A stretch of DNA of 64,000 nucleotides, from the NCBI GenBank assembly GCA_004193545.1, contig RPGO01000029.1:20096-84095 (forward strand), given 5' to 3'. Below the pieces are notes generated by a model. That model was not told the DNA's origin. It did not search any database and was given only the letters and a program-made list of their open reading frames with translations. Both the position numbers and the translations under genes were made by a program. How positions within the stretch are numbered: position 1 is the first letter of the stretch; every line of letters begins with the position of its first letter. Shown here one piece after another: positions 9,768 through 19,316 of this stretch. The DNA comes from Candidatus Argoarchaeum ethanivorans (GTDB lineage: Archaea; Halobacteriota; Methanosarcinia; Methanosarcinales; EX4572-44).

Positions 9768-10811
9768 ATGCCTGCATACGAAGAGCTTGAATCAGAGGTG
9801 ATAGAAAGTGGGATATGCACATGCTGTGGTGCATGCATTGCCTCGTGCCCACTTAATCACCTTCAATGGATTAATGGAATACCTAAAAGGCCAGAAAAAA
9901 AGGATGCATGCAAAGACTGTGAGACCTGCTATCATGCATGTTATAAGACTGGATTCAACGAAAGTAAGATAGAAGAGATGATCTTTGGGAGACAAAGGAG
10001 AGAAGAAGAGGCTATCGGAATATACCGAAATATTTTTGAAGCAAAGGTAAACGATAAGAAAATTCTCTCAAAATCACAGGATGGTGGGATTGTAACAGCA
10101 ATTTTGAGATACGTTCTGAATGCAGATATAATAGACGGTGCCATACTTGCAGAAAGTTATAAGTGGAAGCCTGAGCCAACAGTTGCAACAACATTTGATG
10201 GTTTTGTCAAAGCTTCGGGAACTAAGTATGGAACTACGCCAAACCTGATGAAGATCAGAACAGCTGTTATCGATCAAACACTCGACCGGGTATGCATCGT
10301 TGGAACACCCTGCCACATCAGATCAACAAGGCATCTTCAGTACATAAATTTCGAGCTTTATCCTGCAATAACTCTATTAGTTGGTCTTTTCTGCAGGGAG
10401 AATTTTGAATATGAGAAGATGCGCAAAAGAATAGAAGAGGATAGTGTTGACATTACTGAAATAACAAAGATCAGTGTTTCTAAGAATTTTTTTAATGCAT
10501 ACACAAAAGAGAACAAACTATCCTTCCCTATTACAGAGACAAGTGGTTGGGTTCCAAAACACTGTCTTGTCTGCGAGGATTATACCAGTGAACTGGCTGA
10601 CATATCAGTAGGATGCGAAGGATCTGGAGAGGGATGGTCAACTGTTATAATCAGAACAGAAACAGGAGAAAAGATATTTTCAGGATTGGAAAGAAGCGGA
10701 GTTATAACAACAAAGACACTTGGCGATCTCGATCATATCAAAGAAGTATCTATAAGAAAAAGACGTAAGGCAGAACACAGCAGGGAGACATTCAAGCTAA
10801 AAGAAGACTGA
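9768..10811 (+). CDS. FrhB/FdhB-family protein (F420-binding beta-subunit-like) with an N-terminal 2x[4Fe-4S] ferredoxin module
   Basis: 347 aa. CTCCGACIASCP and CKDCETCYHAC cysteine clusters; FrhB-like core with QDGGIVTAIL and GTPCHIRS. It starts 5 nt after the aor stop. Confidence 0.7.
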   Translation: MPAYEELESEVIESGICTCCGACIASCPLNHLQWINGIPKRPEKKDACKDCETCYHACYKTGFNESKIEEMIFGRQRREEEAIGIYRNIFEAKVNDKKILSKSQDGGIVTAILRYVLNADIIDGAILAESYKWKPEPTVATTFDGFVKASGTKYGTTPNLMKIRTAVIDQTLDRVCIVGTPCHIRSTRHLQYINFELYPAITLLVGLFCRENFEYEKMRKRIEEDSVDITEITKISVSKNFFNAYTKENKLSFPITETSGWVPKHCLVCEDYTSELADISVGCEGSGEGWSTVIIRTETGEKIFSGLERSGVITTKTLGDLDHIKEVSIRKRRKAEHSRETFKLKED

Positions 10812-10918
10812 TATAGAGTAAAAAAAGGCTCACAAGTAAGATTGATCTGTGGATAGATGCTGACTTTCAAATGTTACGAAGATTGATTGGGATATTGCTG
10901 TTAACTTAATCAATAAAG

Positions 10919-11001
10919 TGCGGGGGAAGGGATTCGAACCCTCGGACCTCTTAAGGAACAGGCCCTGAACCTGTCGCCGTTGACCGCTTGGCTACCCCCG
11001 C
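10919..11001 (-). tRNA. tRNA-Leu (anticodon CAG); CCA not encoded
   Basis: Manual fold. Acceptor stem GCGGGGG/CCCCCGC with discriminator A. Anticodon stem ACAGG/CCTGT with loop TTCAGGG. Long variable arm. T-arm GAGGG-TTCGAAT-CCCTT. Confidence 0.9.
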
Positions 11002-11149
11002 TGGTTTGGAAGTGCTGGTTGTTTTTATAGTTACATATCTCATGGAAAACCATCCATCATTTTCTGTTTGCTGTTCGTTGCGAACTTTAAAGAACAAACA
11101 CTCTTCTGTACTATCTCTATCTTTTAACTCCTTTCCTGTACCAGTTCCA

Positions 11150-11204
11150 GACGGTTCAGTAATCCATTCCGAGTTTCTTTATATAATCGGATAGTTTCAT
11201 TCCA
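11150..11204 (-). pseudogene. Short remnant of an HTH N-terminus from an IS607-like/MerR-type serine recombinase
   Basis: Own translation MKLSDYIKKLGMDY*TVWNWYRKGVKR* resembles MKLSxxAKxxGISYxTAWRWxKxG. It is broken by stops and nothing follows it. Confidence 0.3.
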
Positions 11205-11667
11205 CCATCTCTTTCTATAGTACACTACTTAAAAGTTTCTCTTGTGTAGGATTAAGGATACAAAGCAGGTTAGCCTTGTACTTGAAGGGGTGAATACGGC
11301 ACAGGCGAATTTGCTCTCTGCGGTTGATTTTGGTGATTTTCTGGTTCGGGTTAATTAATTTTAGTTAGATACCGTGATGAAATTAGCTAGTGCTACTCGC
11401 TTTTTTTGCATCTTTTAAACTTGGGTGTCCCACATTTATTGGCAGCAATCACCAACAACATTAAAATTACTATATATTAATAACTAATATGTGTTGTATA
11501 TTCCAAAACGCTTATAAATAATATTCTATGTCTATGTTAACATATCGAAGTGTTGTAATCAAAAACATCAAATCAACGACAATGATTCCGTTTTTAACCG
11601 CGATAAGATAAAATTATGTGCAGGCTAAATTATAAAATGGTGGAATAAATAAGATTAAGGAAAAAGT

Positions 11668-13386
11668 ATGATACAGGCAATGCTGCTGTGCATTGCGATG
11701 TTGTGTTTGGTACTGCCTGTGCAAGCAGGTGACCCAGCAACTGGTGTGTGCATAATAAAGTACGATATGGACGGTTTGACACTGGACGAAACAAATGTAA
11801 CGTACCAGTGGATGGAAGCAAATCTACCTATTCATGGTAGTGATTTGGCAAACCGCTACTATCGGGGACCAAGCTTTGATTTGGGCAATCTGTGGGATCC
11901 TGATGAGACTGCAAACCTCAAGAATAAAAGTCCGATGGTTGGGGCAAACGCCACGAGTTTGTGCGACCTTGTTGATGGAATGTTCCCAGGCGATGGGGAA
12001 GAGATTAAAGCATCTGATAGCTTCTCCGGGTGGTTTGCATGGGATGACATCTATGGCCACAGTTACCAACCCTGGCAGATGCCAATGCTTCTTACACGGC
12101 ACCACCGTGCAGATGCCAGTGTGTTTGGTAATTGGGATATGCACGAATACGTGGATGAAAACTACTGGCACTATTACCAGCCAGGTATTCCATCTCCAAA
12201 GGGACTATCTATAAAATGCGTTGATAAACCAACGATCTACAGCACTGAGCCACTTCCGCGAACATTGTCTGCGCCGTCATCAGTCATTTCATGGGGGCCC
12301 TACATCACAAACACCGATACAAACTCAACAACTATTAACTGGAAGTCAGAAGATGCGACTTTAGGAATAGTTAAGTACGCGATAGAGAAGTATTATGCTG
12401 AGAACGGTGAATACGACCACATAATCAACGATACCGAAAATAAACAACTACATCATCTTGTTATAAGAGATTTAACTCCGAACACGGTGTATCATTATCA
12501 GTTAACAGTTGGGACTGGTTCTACAGGCGACCGCACATTCAAGACATATGGCAATGGTTCATTCACCTTCATAGTCTACGGGGACACGAGAGAGCAGACT
12601 GGTTTATTCACGCAAATGGAGAGGCACAAACTCGTTGCAGACAGTATTGCAGAAGAGGAAAATATTTCATTTGTAATACATACAGGAGATTTTGTCTGCA
12701 GTGGAAACGACATGGATGAATGGAATGACTTCTTCGATGCCGGCAGAGCGATGCTGGCAAATACCACCTTGTATCCAGTGCTCGGGAATCACGAAGATAA
12801 TCACACGAACTATTACGATGCCTTTGGAATGTTGGGATGGTATTCTTTCGACTGCGGAAACGTGCACTTCACTGTGCTGGACAACAACGACTGGGCATCG
12901 CCGCACACGACAGGGCAAACGGAATGGTTACGAAACGACCTTAATACAAGTGCAACCTGGAAATTCGTGTCGTTCCACCATCCGATTTACAGCTCAAATG
13001 AACGACATTTGGGCGGCTGGAAAAACGATGTGTGGGAAAATATTTTCATAAACAACGGTGTGGATGTGGTATTCAACGGTCATGTACACGTTTACGAACG
13101 ATACGAGGAGAGTGGCATCCAGTACGTGGTCTTGGGCTGCGGGGGCGCACCATTGTACTCTCTTGCATCTGAGAAGATACGGGGCTACCAGAGCAGCTTT
13201 GAACATGCGCTTGGATACGCCAGAATTACGATAGAAGGAGATAAAGCGACAATGGAAGTGATAAAAGTTGCAGACGTATCAGAAGATAACAAAGTGGTTA
13301 CACATATCTATCCACCGGATACGGTATTCGAGACCGTTGTCCTTGAGCAAGCACACGGGATCTGCAGCGATGTGACCCAGGAGTGA
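11668..13386 (+). CDS. Secreted fusion protein: type-A SUOX-fold-like domain + purple-acid-phosphatase-type metallophosphoesterase
   Basis: Signal peptide. The N-domain is paralogous to the next four genes (VTYQWMEANL...FGNWDMHE). Phosphoesterase motifs are GDTREQ, GDFVCSGN, GNHE, HHPIYSS and GHVHVYER. Confidence 0.8.
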   Translation: MIQAMLLCIAMLCLVLPVQAGDPATGVCIIKYDMDGLTLDETNVTYQWMEANLPIHGSDLANRYYRGPSFDLGNLWDPDETANLKNKSPMVGANATSLCDLVDGMFPGDGEEIKASDSFSGWFAWDDIYGHSYQPWQMPMLLTRHHRADASVFGNWDMHEYVDENYWHYYQPGIPSPKGLSIKCVDKPTIYSTEPLPRTLSAPSSVISWGPYITNTDTNSTTINWKSEDATLGIVKYAIEKYYAENGEYDHIINDTENKQLHHLVIRDLTPNTVYHYQLTVGTGSTGDRTFKTYGNGSFTFIVYGDTREQTGLFTQMERHKLVADSIAEEENISFVIHTGDFVCSGNDMDEWNDFFDAGRAMLANTTLYPVLGNHEDNHTNYYDAFGMLGWYSFDCGNVHFTVLDNNDWASPHTTGQTEWLRNDLNTSATWKFVSFHHPIYSSNERHLGGWKNDVWENIFINNGVDVVFNGHVHVYERYEESGIQYVVLGCGGAPLYSLASEKIRGYQSSFEHALGYARITIEGDKATMEVIKVADVSEDNKVVTHIYPPDTVFETVVLEQAHGICSDVTQE

Positions 13387-13819
13387 TGTGGACGTGCTGG
13401 ATGCAACCGGTGTGTGGAACCGAGCAATGAATCCAACCCTCCTTCTTGATTGTTGCATATAGAGGGAACAAGAAACAGACACAATATTGTTCCCAGCTAT
13501 CTAAAAGCAGAGAAGATCAGTACAATCTATACAAATCTGTGTCTAAAGTATATTTTTAAAACATTGATTAATATAGATTTATATTAATCATTGATATATG
13601 CTGCGCATCTTCAAAACACTTATAAACAATGTGTTATGTCTGTGCTAACATGATGAGGTGCTGTAACCAAAAACATTGAATCAACGACAACGATTCTGTT
13701 TTTGGCTGCAACAAGATACGGCTATGCGCAGGCTGAATTGTGAAACCTGCATTTTAAAAATATTGTAAAGATGGAATAAATAAAATTGATGAAAAATATG
13801 ATATTAAGAGGTAATTAAG

Positions 13820-16800
13820 ATGGGAAGAGATACAGGAAAAGGTGTGATACTGGCAATGCTATTATGCATTGTAATACTGAGTTCGGCAGTGCCTGTGATA
13901 GCAGCCACGACTGAAGTGAATATAACAAAGTACGCCTCAGATGATACGACAATCTTGAACAAAACTACAGTAACCTACCAGTGGATGGAGGCAAACCTGG
14001 CGGTGCAGGGCGATGGTTTTGTGAATTACTCCAACCAGGGACCAGTATTTGAAGGAGATAAATGGGACACAACCGAAACAGTGAATCTCAAGGACAAAGG
14101 TTATGTGAAAGGAACAGACGTTAAAGACCTCTGTGAACTGGTTGGAGGCATGTCAGCAGGAGATGAGGTAAAGATCATTGCATCTGACGGGTTTAGCAAA
14201 TGCTTCGGCTACGAGAACGTCTATTCGCCGCAACAGAGACAGGGACCGATGGTTCTCTGCTGGTACAGAGATGGGGCTCACGTCCCCGATTATAGCGACG
14301 GGATACAACTTGTCTTCTTTGCCAATGATACTGTCTTTGGCAACTGGGATATGCACGAATGCATGGCTCCCGAGTACTGGTACAATTACAGCGGTGTTTA
14401 CCCTTCCACAAACGGACTATCCGTAAGGGATGTCTCTAATGTAGCGATATATTCTGCAATAGAAGCAGTCTTCAGCGATGCGGTCACGCTCACGGAAGGG
14501 AACTTCACCTTAACTGCCTACGATTCAGTGGTCGATTACGAGGTGAAACAGCTTACGCCACTGGGAGCTCTCGATGCAGCAGCGACCGCCAGCGGATTTG
14601 ACTACAACGTCACCGATAAGAAGTTCGCTGATAAAGGCATTCTGATGCTTGACGACATCGGAGAGTATCGTTACAACAATGTAAATGATACTGTGAAATG
14701 GGCATGGAGTTGCTCGGTAAACGGCAACGTCCTGGATGACTGGAGCTATCCGGATACCGAGGGCTTGAACGTCTATGAACTTCAGGACAACGACGTGGTG
14801 TACTACTTCTACGGCAATGTCAAGCTGCCCGATTATGGGGCTGAAGACGCCATAGCGGTGGTTAATATCACAGCAAATGCTGGAACCGGAATTGATGTAA
14901 TCTTCGATGGTGCCGTCGTACTGGAAGAGGGCAACTTCATGTGGTATGATACGGACGGCAATCCGCACGAGGTTGCCAACTTCACGCCTCACGGTGCGCT
15001 CGAAGTTGCTGCCAATGACGGCGCGTTTGGCTATAACGGGAGCTGGACAGGGTCTAAAAATACCGCCCTGATCGACTGGATCGAGGAATATGAGTATAAT
15101 AATAGCGTTACACCCAAACTGACCTGGAACTACCTGTTAAATGGCGTATACCAGAACTACTACTCTGACACCACCGGCGTGAGCAACAACCCGATCACAA
15201 ACGGCGATTATATTGAGTTCTACTACGGAACTGATCAAGAGACCACGGAAAACGCGACCGCAGTCGCCAGGATCACGGTGAACCCGACGATAGGTTGGAA
15301 TCTTGGACTCGTTGGTGCAATAAACGAAATGATGAATAAAACCGCGTTTGAAGATGGCATAGCATGTCACAATGCTTCATATACTGATGCCGAGAATAGA
15401 ACATGGGAAGGTATTCCACTTTGGTATCTGGTGGGTCGGGTTGATGATGAAATACAGCATGGAGCCAGCGCATTCAACGACACGCTCGCAGCAGGGGGTT
15501 ACAGTGTAAAAGTCATAGCAGGCGACGGATGGAGCACCTCCCTTGATATTGCTGATATCGCACGGAACGATGGATATATCGTTGCAAATAAATTAAACGG
15601 CTCAGCACTTCCTGAGAACACCACCTCAGGGAAGCCTTGCTGGCCTCTCCACCTCAAAGGCACTAACGTAACTGGCGGACAGCAGGTCGGAAACATCGTT
15701 GAGATCCAACTCGTCGGTCTGCCCAAACCACCGGAAGGATGGACACTCAAGCTGCTCGGTGATATCGGTGACATTATCACACAGGCGGAATTCGAGGATG
15801 CTGTTTCATGCTATCATAACGTGACGTACACCGACGGTAGCGATACCTGGGGAGGCATTCCGCTCTGGTGTCTCTGTAGTGCGGTGGACAACCTCGAGGC
15901 AAGCAGTCACTGGACGTTTAATGACTCTCTCGCGGCGACCAACTACACGGTCAAAGTAATCGCAGCCGATGGATATAACAGATCATTTAACAGTAGCGAG
16001 ATTGCCCGTAACAATGGGTATATCGTGGCAAATAGTCTGAACGGAGAGCCACTCGATTATTTGTACCCTCTCAAGCTCGTGGGTAGCGCCGTTACATCTG
16101 GTAAGGACAAGGTTGGTAACATCTCCGAAATTAACCTTGTTGAACTTATCACCCCACCACCTGACTCTGGAAGCTATAACCTCAATTTGAGCGGCAAGAT
16201 CATCGATGTGCTTTCTCAAGCAGAGTACGAGGCTGCATCCAAACTCTCTTGCCATGGAGTAAACTGGACTGATCCTGATACTGGAGATGTCTGGGAAGGT
16301 GTTCCGCTCTGGTTCTTCTGTGGCTGGGTGGACGACCGGATATCACACGGTCCGGATGGTTTCGATGACAATCAGGCAACCGCAGGATACAAGATCATCG
16401 TGAAAGCAGGTGACGGATATTCCAAAGAATTCGCAAGTGCAGATGTGGCACGCAGCGGGGGATATATTGTTGCGGACACGCTGAACGGAACACCACTCTC
16501 AAAAGATGGATCGTCCCCACCCTGGCCACTCAGGCTCGTGGGCAGTGAAGTATCCGGTGGAAGTAGGGTTGGCAACATTGCAGAGATCGAACTGACCGAG
16601 TTTGGTGCGTTAACAGAGGTACCCTCTGTCCACATCATCAAGTATGATACGGACGGTATTACTATTCTAAACGAGACCAATGTCACCTACGTGTGGATGG
16701 AGGCAAATCTCCAGGTCATTGGAGATGGCACAATGGCATACAGGTTCGAGGCTTGTGATTTCACCGAAGGAAACCACTGGGATCAGGATGAGACTTATCC

Positions 16801-17824
16801 CGGGGGCTTTAAGGTTGACAGGGTAGTGAAAGGGACTTCGGTTAAAGACCTGTGTGAACTTGTCGGAGGCATGATAGAAGGAACTGAGATCAAGCTGGTC
16901 GCCAGCGATGGGTATGAAACCAAACTGGGCTACGAAAACATCTACACCAACGAACTCTCGAGTGAGCAGCAGGAACGCCAGGGTGAGGCTTTCCTCGCAT
17001 GGTGGGCGAATGATCAGGGCTATGTGCCTGGCTATTCCAATGGAATGCGACTCTTCTTTACTGCAAACGCCAGCGATCATATCTTCGGCAACTGGGACAT
17101 GCACGAGTGCATGGACGAGGATTACTGGCACTACTACTGGAATGAAGGCATCCAGTACCCGTCATGTGGGGGTCTTTCTGCCAAGTATGTCAACACCATC
17201 AAGATATACAATGGCACAGAGGCGGACTGGACTCTCACGTTAGACGGTGCTATCAAGGATACCATCAGTAAATCCTACTTTGAGAATGCTCTCACCTGTA
17301 CGATGGGGGGACACGCCGCCGAATACACGGATAGCGAAGGCAGGACATGGGAGGGTTTACCTCTCTGGCTGCTCTGTGGCTGGGTTGATGATGAAAACTC
17401 ACACTCAGAAGGTGCATACAATGACACGCTTGCCGCAGCAGGATACAACATTACAATCATCGCGAGCGATGGACACAGTGTGACACTGAACAGCACAATC
17501 ATTACACGCAACGACAATATCATCCTTGCGAACAAACTAAAAGGAACAGTGCTCCCTGAGAAGTACTTTCCGCTCAGACTGACAGGTTCGGCTCTTGAGA
17601 AGAGTGAGATGGTCAGAAACGTTGTGAAGATACGTATCCCGGAGTTAATGCTGCGTGGCGATGCCAACCATGACGGAGCCCTCTCGACAGTAGATTCGGC
17701 ACTTGCCTTGCAGATGGCAGTCGGCGGCATCGAGACGGATCTTGTTGCTGATATGAGTGGAGACGGGCGGGTCACATCGGTGGACGCGCTGATGATCCTG
17801 CAAGCTACGCAGGATTCCGGTTAG
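13820..17824 (+). CDS. 1334-aa modular secreted protein: 2 type-A domains, 2 DUF4430-like domains, 4 type-B SUOX-fold modules and a C-terminal dockerin
   Basis: Signal peptide. Type-B modules begin near 15296, 15740, 16172 and 17229, each with the pattern W(E/G)G(I/V/L)PLW...DG(W/Y/H)S...(I/L)AN(K/S/T)LNG...PL(R/K/H)L. The second type-A copy is at 16629-17210. The dockerin GDANHDGALSTVDSALALQ...DMSGDGRVTSVDALMILQA is at 17653-17815. Confidence 0.8.
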   Translation: MGRDTGKGVILAMLLCIVILSSAVPVIAATTEVNITKYASDDTTILNKTTVTYQWMEANLAVQGDGFVNYSNQGPVFEGDKWDTTETVNLKDKGYVKGTDVKDLCELVGGMSAGDEVKIIASDGFSKCFGYENVYSPQQRQGPMVLCWYRDGAHVPDYSDGIQLVFFANDTVFGNWDMHECMAPEYWYNYSGVYPSTNGLSVRDVSNVAIYSAIEAVFSDAVTLTEGNFTLTAYDSVVDYEVKQLTPLGALDAAATASGFDYNVTDKKFADKGILMLDDIGEYRYNNVNDTVKWAWSCSVNGNVLDDWSYPDTEGLNVYELQDNDVVYYFYGNVKLPDYGAEDAIAVVNITANAGTGIDVIFDGAVVLEEGNFMWYDTDGNPHEVANFTPHGALEVAANDGAFGYNGSWTGSKNTALIDWIEEYEYNNSVTPKLTWNYLLNGVYQNYYSDTTGVSNNPITNGDYIEFYYGTDQETTENATAVARITVNPTIGWNLGLVGAINEMMNKTAFEDGIACHNASYTDAENRTWEGIPLWYLVGRVDDEIQHGASAFNDTLAAGGYSVKVIAGDGWSTSLDIADIARNDGYIVANKLNGSALPENTTSGKPCWPLHLKGTNVTGGQQVGNIVEIQLVGLPKPPEGWTLKLLGDIGDIITQAEFEDAVSCYHNVTYTDGSDTWGGIPLWCLCSAVDNLEASSHWTFNDSLAATNYTVKVIAADGYNRSFNSSEIARNNGYIVANSLNGEPLDYLYPLKLVGSAVTSGKDKVGNISEINLVELITPPPDSGSYNLNLSGKIIDVLSQAEYEAASKLSCHGVNWTDPDTGDVWEGVPLWFFCGWVDDRISHGPDGFDDNQATAGYKIIVKAGDGYSKEFASADVARSGGYIVADTLNGTPLSKDGSSPPWPLRLVGSEVSGGSRVGNIAEIELTEFGALTEVPSVHIIKYDTDGITILNETNVTYVWMEANLQVIGDGTMAYRFEACDFTEGNHWDQDETYPGGFKVDRVVKGTSVKDLCELVGGMIEGTEIKLVASDGYETKLGYENIYTNELSSEQQERQGEAFLAWWANDQGYVPGYSNGMRLFFTANASDHIFGNWDMHECMDEDYWHYYWNEGIQYPSCGGLSAKYVNTIKIYNGTEADWTLTLDGAIKDTISKSYFENALTCTMGGHAAEYTDSEGRTWEGLPLWLLCGWVDDENSHSEGAYNDTLAAAGYNITIIASDGHSVTLNSTIITRNDNIILANKLKGTVLPEKYFPLRLTGSALEKSEMVRNVVKIRIPELMLRGDANHDGALSTVDSALALQMAVGGIETDLVADMSGDGRVTSVDALMILQATQDSG

Positions 17825-17834
17825 AGGGAAAGGG

Positions 17835-19316
17835 ATGGAAAGAGCGCCATTGACAATACCGATGCCATTGATACTGTGCATCGGTATTGCGCTCCTGCTC
17901 TCAACGCTTCCGGCGCAGGCAGCCACAACTGAAGTGCATCTGGTAAAGTACGCCTCTGACGAAACAACTGTTCTGAACGAAAGAACGGTGACTTATGGAT
18001 GGATGGAAGAGAATCTGCCTGTGCAGGGCGATGGTGTTACACATTACTTCCACCAGGGACCCATGTTTGGGGAAAAGTTCGAGAACGATCCGTGGGACAT
18101 AAATGAGACGACAAATATAGATAGCAGGGATTTTGGTGCTGTAAAAGGGACCGATATTAAAGACCTATGTGAACTGGTCGGTGGAATGTCTTCGGGCGAG
18201 GAAATAATGATCCACGCGTCTGACGGCTTCAGAAAGTACTTTGGTTACGCAAATGTCTACGATCCAGACCCGAGACAGGGACAAATGGTGCTGACATGGT
18301 GGCGAGCTGATGATGGATACGTTCCAGACTATTCCACTGGGATGCGGCTCGTCTTTTTTGCTGGAGATCATGTATTTGGGCACTGGGATATGCACGAGTG
18401 CTTATCTCCTGAGTACTGGTACAATTACACGGACAGCGATGGCGGACACCCCTCGTCAGGCGGGCTATCTATAAAAAACATTGATAGGATAGTGATTTAC
18501 AGCATGATGGATCCACCGGAATTATGTTCAATCGATATTTCTCCAGCCAACCTGACACTGGATATCGGTTACGAACAGCAGTTCAACGCAATTGCGTATG
18601 ATCAATACGGCACAGAAATATCGAATATTATCTTTGTGTGGGCAAGCGACAATGAAACCGTTGGAACGATCAATGCTACAGGATTATTTACTGCACTCTC
18701 AGCCGGCAATGTCACGATAACAGCAGAGAATGAAACAGTGAAGGGGACAGTAAATGCAACAGTAAAGAGCCAAGTACCAGCATCAACGCCAACGCCAACC
18801 CCATCTCCAGATCCCACCCATCTGCCTGATCCTATTTTGACAATAATTAACATCTTACCATCATCAGTAACACTAAACATCAGCGGCACGCAGCAGTTCA
18901 ACGCAATTGCGTATGATCAACATTATAATGAAATGTTTGGAGTTACTTTCAACTGGACAACCAGCAATACAACAATTGGAACAATCAATAATACTGGATT
19001 CTTCAGAGCTAATACTATAGGGACAACAATGATAAAAGCTACAAATGGAAATGTGGATGGAACCGGGAGTGTGATGGTATCCAGTACAGAACCAGCCGAA
19101 ATACCTAAGGCAAAGGTAGCACCTTCTTCATCTCCTACCTCTGTCACCACTACGCCAAATGCAACCAAGATCCCTTTGCCATCCACAACACCAGCTCCTG
19201 TCCAAACATCTACACCAGTGCCATCATCATCAGTACAAGGATTTGAAGCGTTATCTGCAATAGGCGGATTGTTGGCAATAGCTTATGTGATTAAATGGAG
19301 GAAAAAAATAAAATGA
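17835..19316 (+). CDS. Secreted protein: type-A domain + 2 Big_2-like Ig domains + Pro/Thr linker + archaeosortase-type C-terminal anchor
   Basis: Signal peptide. Two repeats of QQFNAIAYDQ...TVGTIN.TG.F. PT-rich linkers. The C-terminus VQGFEALSAIGGLLAIAYVIKWRKK looks like PGF/PEF-CTERM. Confidence 0.75.
   Translation: MERAPLTIPMPLILCIGIALLLSTLPAQAATTEVHLVKYASDETTVLNERTVTYGWMEENLPVQGDGVTHYFHQGPMFGEKFENDPWDINETTNIDSRDFGAVKGTDIKDLCELVGGMSSGEEIMIHASDGFRKYFGYANVYDPDPRQGQMVLTWWRADDGYVPDYSTGMRLVFFAGDHVFGHWDMHECLSPEYWYNYTDSDGGHPSSGGLSIKNIDRIVIYSMMDPPELCSIDISPANLTLDIGYEQQFNAIAYDQYGTEISNIIFVWASDNETVGTINATGLFTALSAGNVTITAENETVKGTVNATVKSQVPASTPTPTPSPDPTHLPDPILTIINILPSSVTLNISGTQQFNAIAYDQHYNEMFGVTFNWTTSNTTIGTINNTGFFRANTIGTTMIKATNGNVDGTGSVMVSSTEPAEIPKAKVAPSSSPTSVTTTPNATKIPLPSTTPAPVQTSTPVPSSSVQGFEALSAIGGLLAIAYVIKWRKKIK

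Noticed and set aside
10988-11194. A 68-aa plus-strand ORF overlapping the tRNA-Leu gene.
   Set aside because: Its 5' end is the antisense of the tRNA acceptor stem. It has no motifs and no ribosome-binding site, so it is judged spurious.
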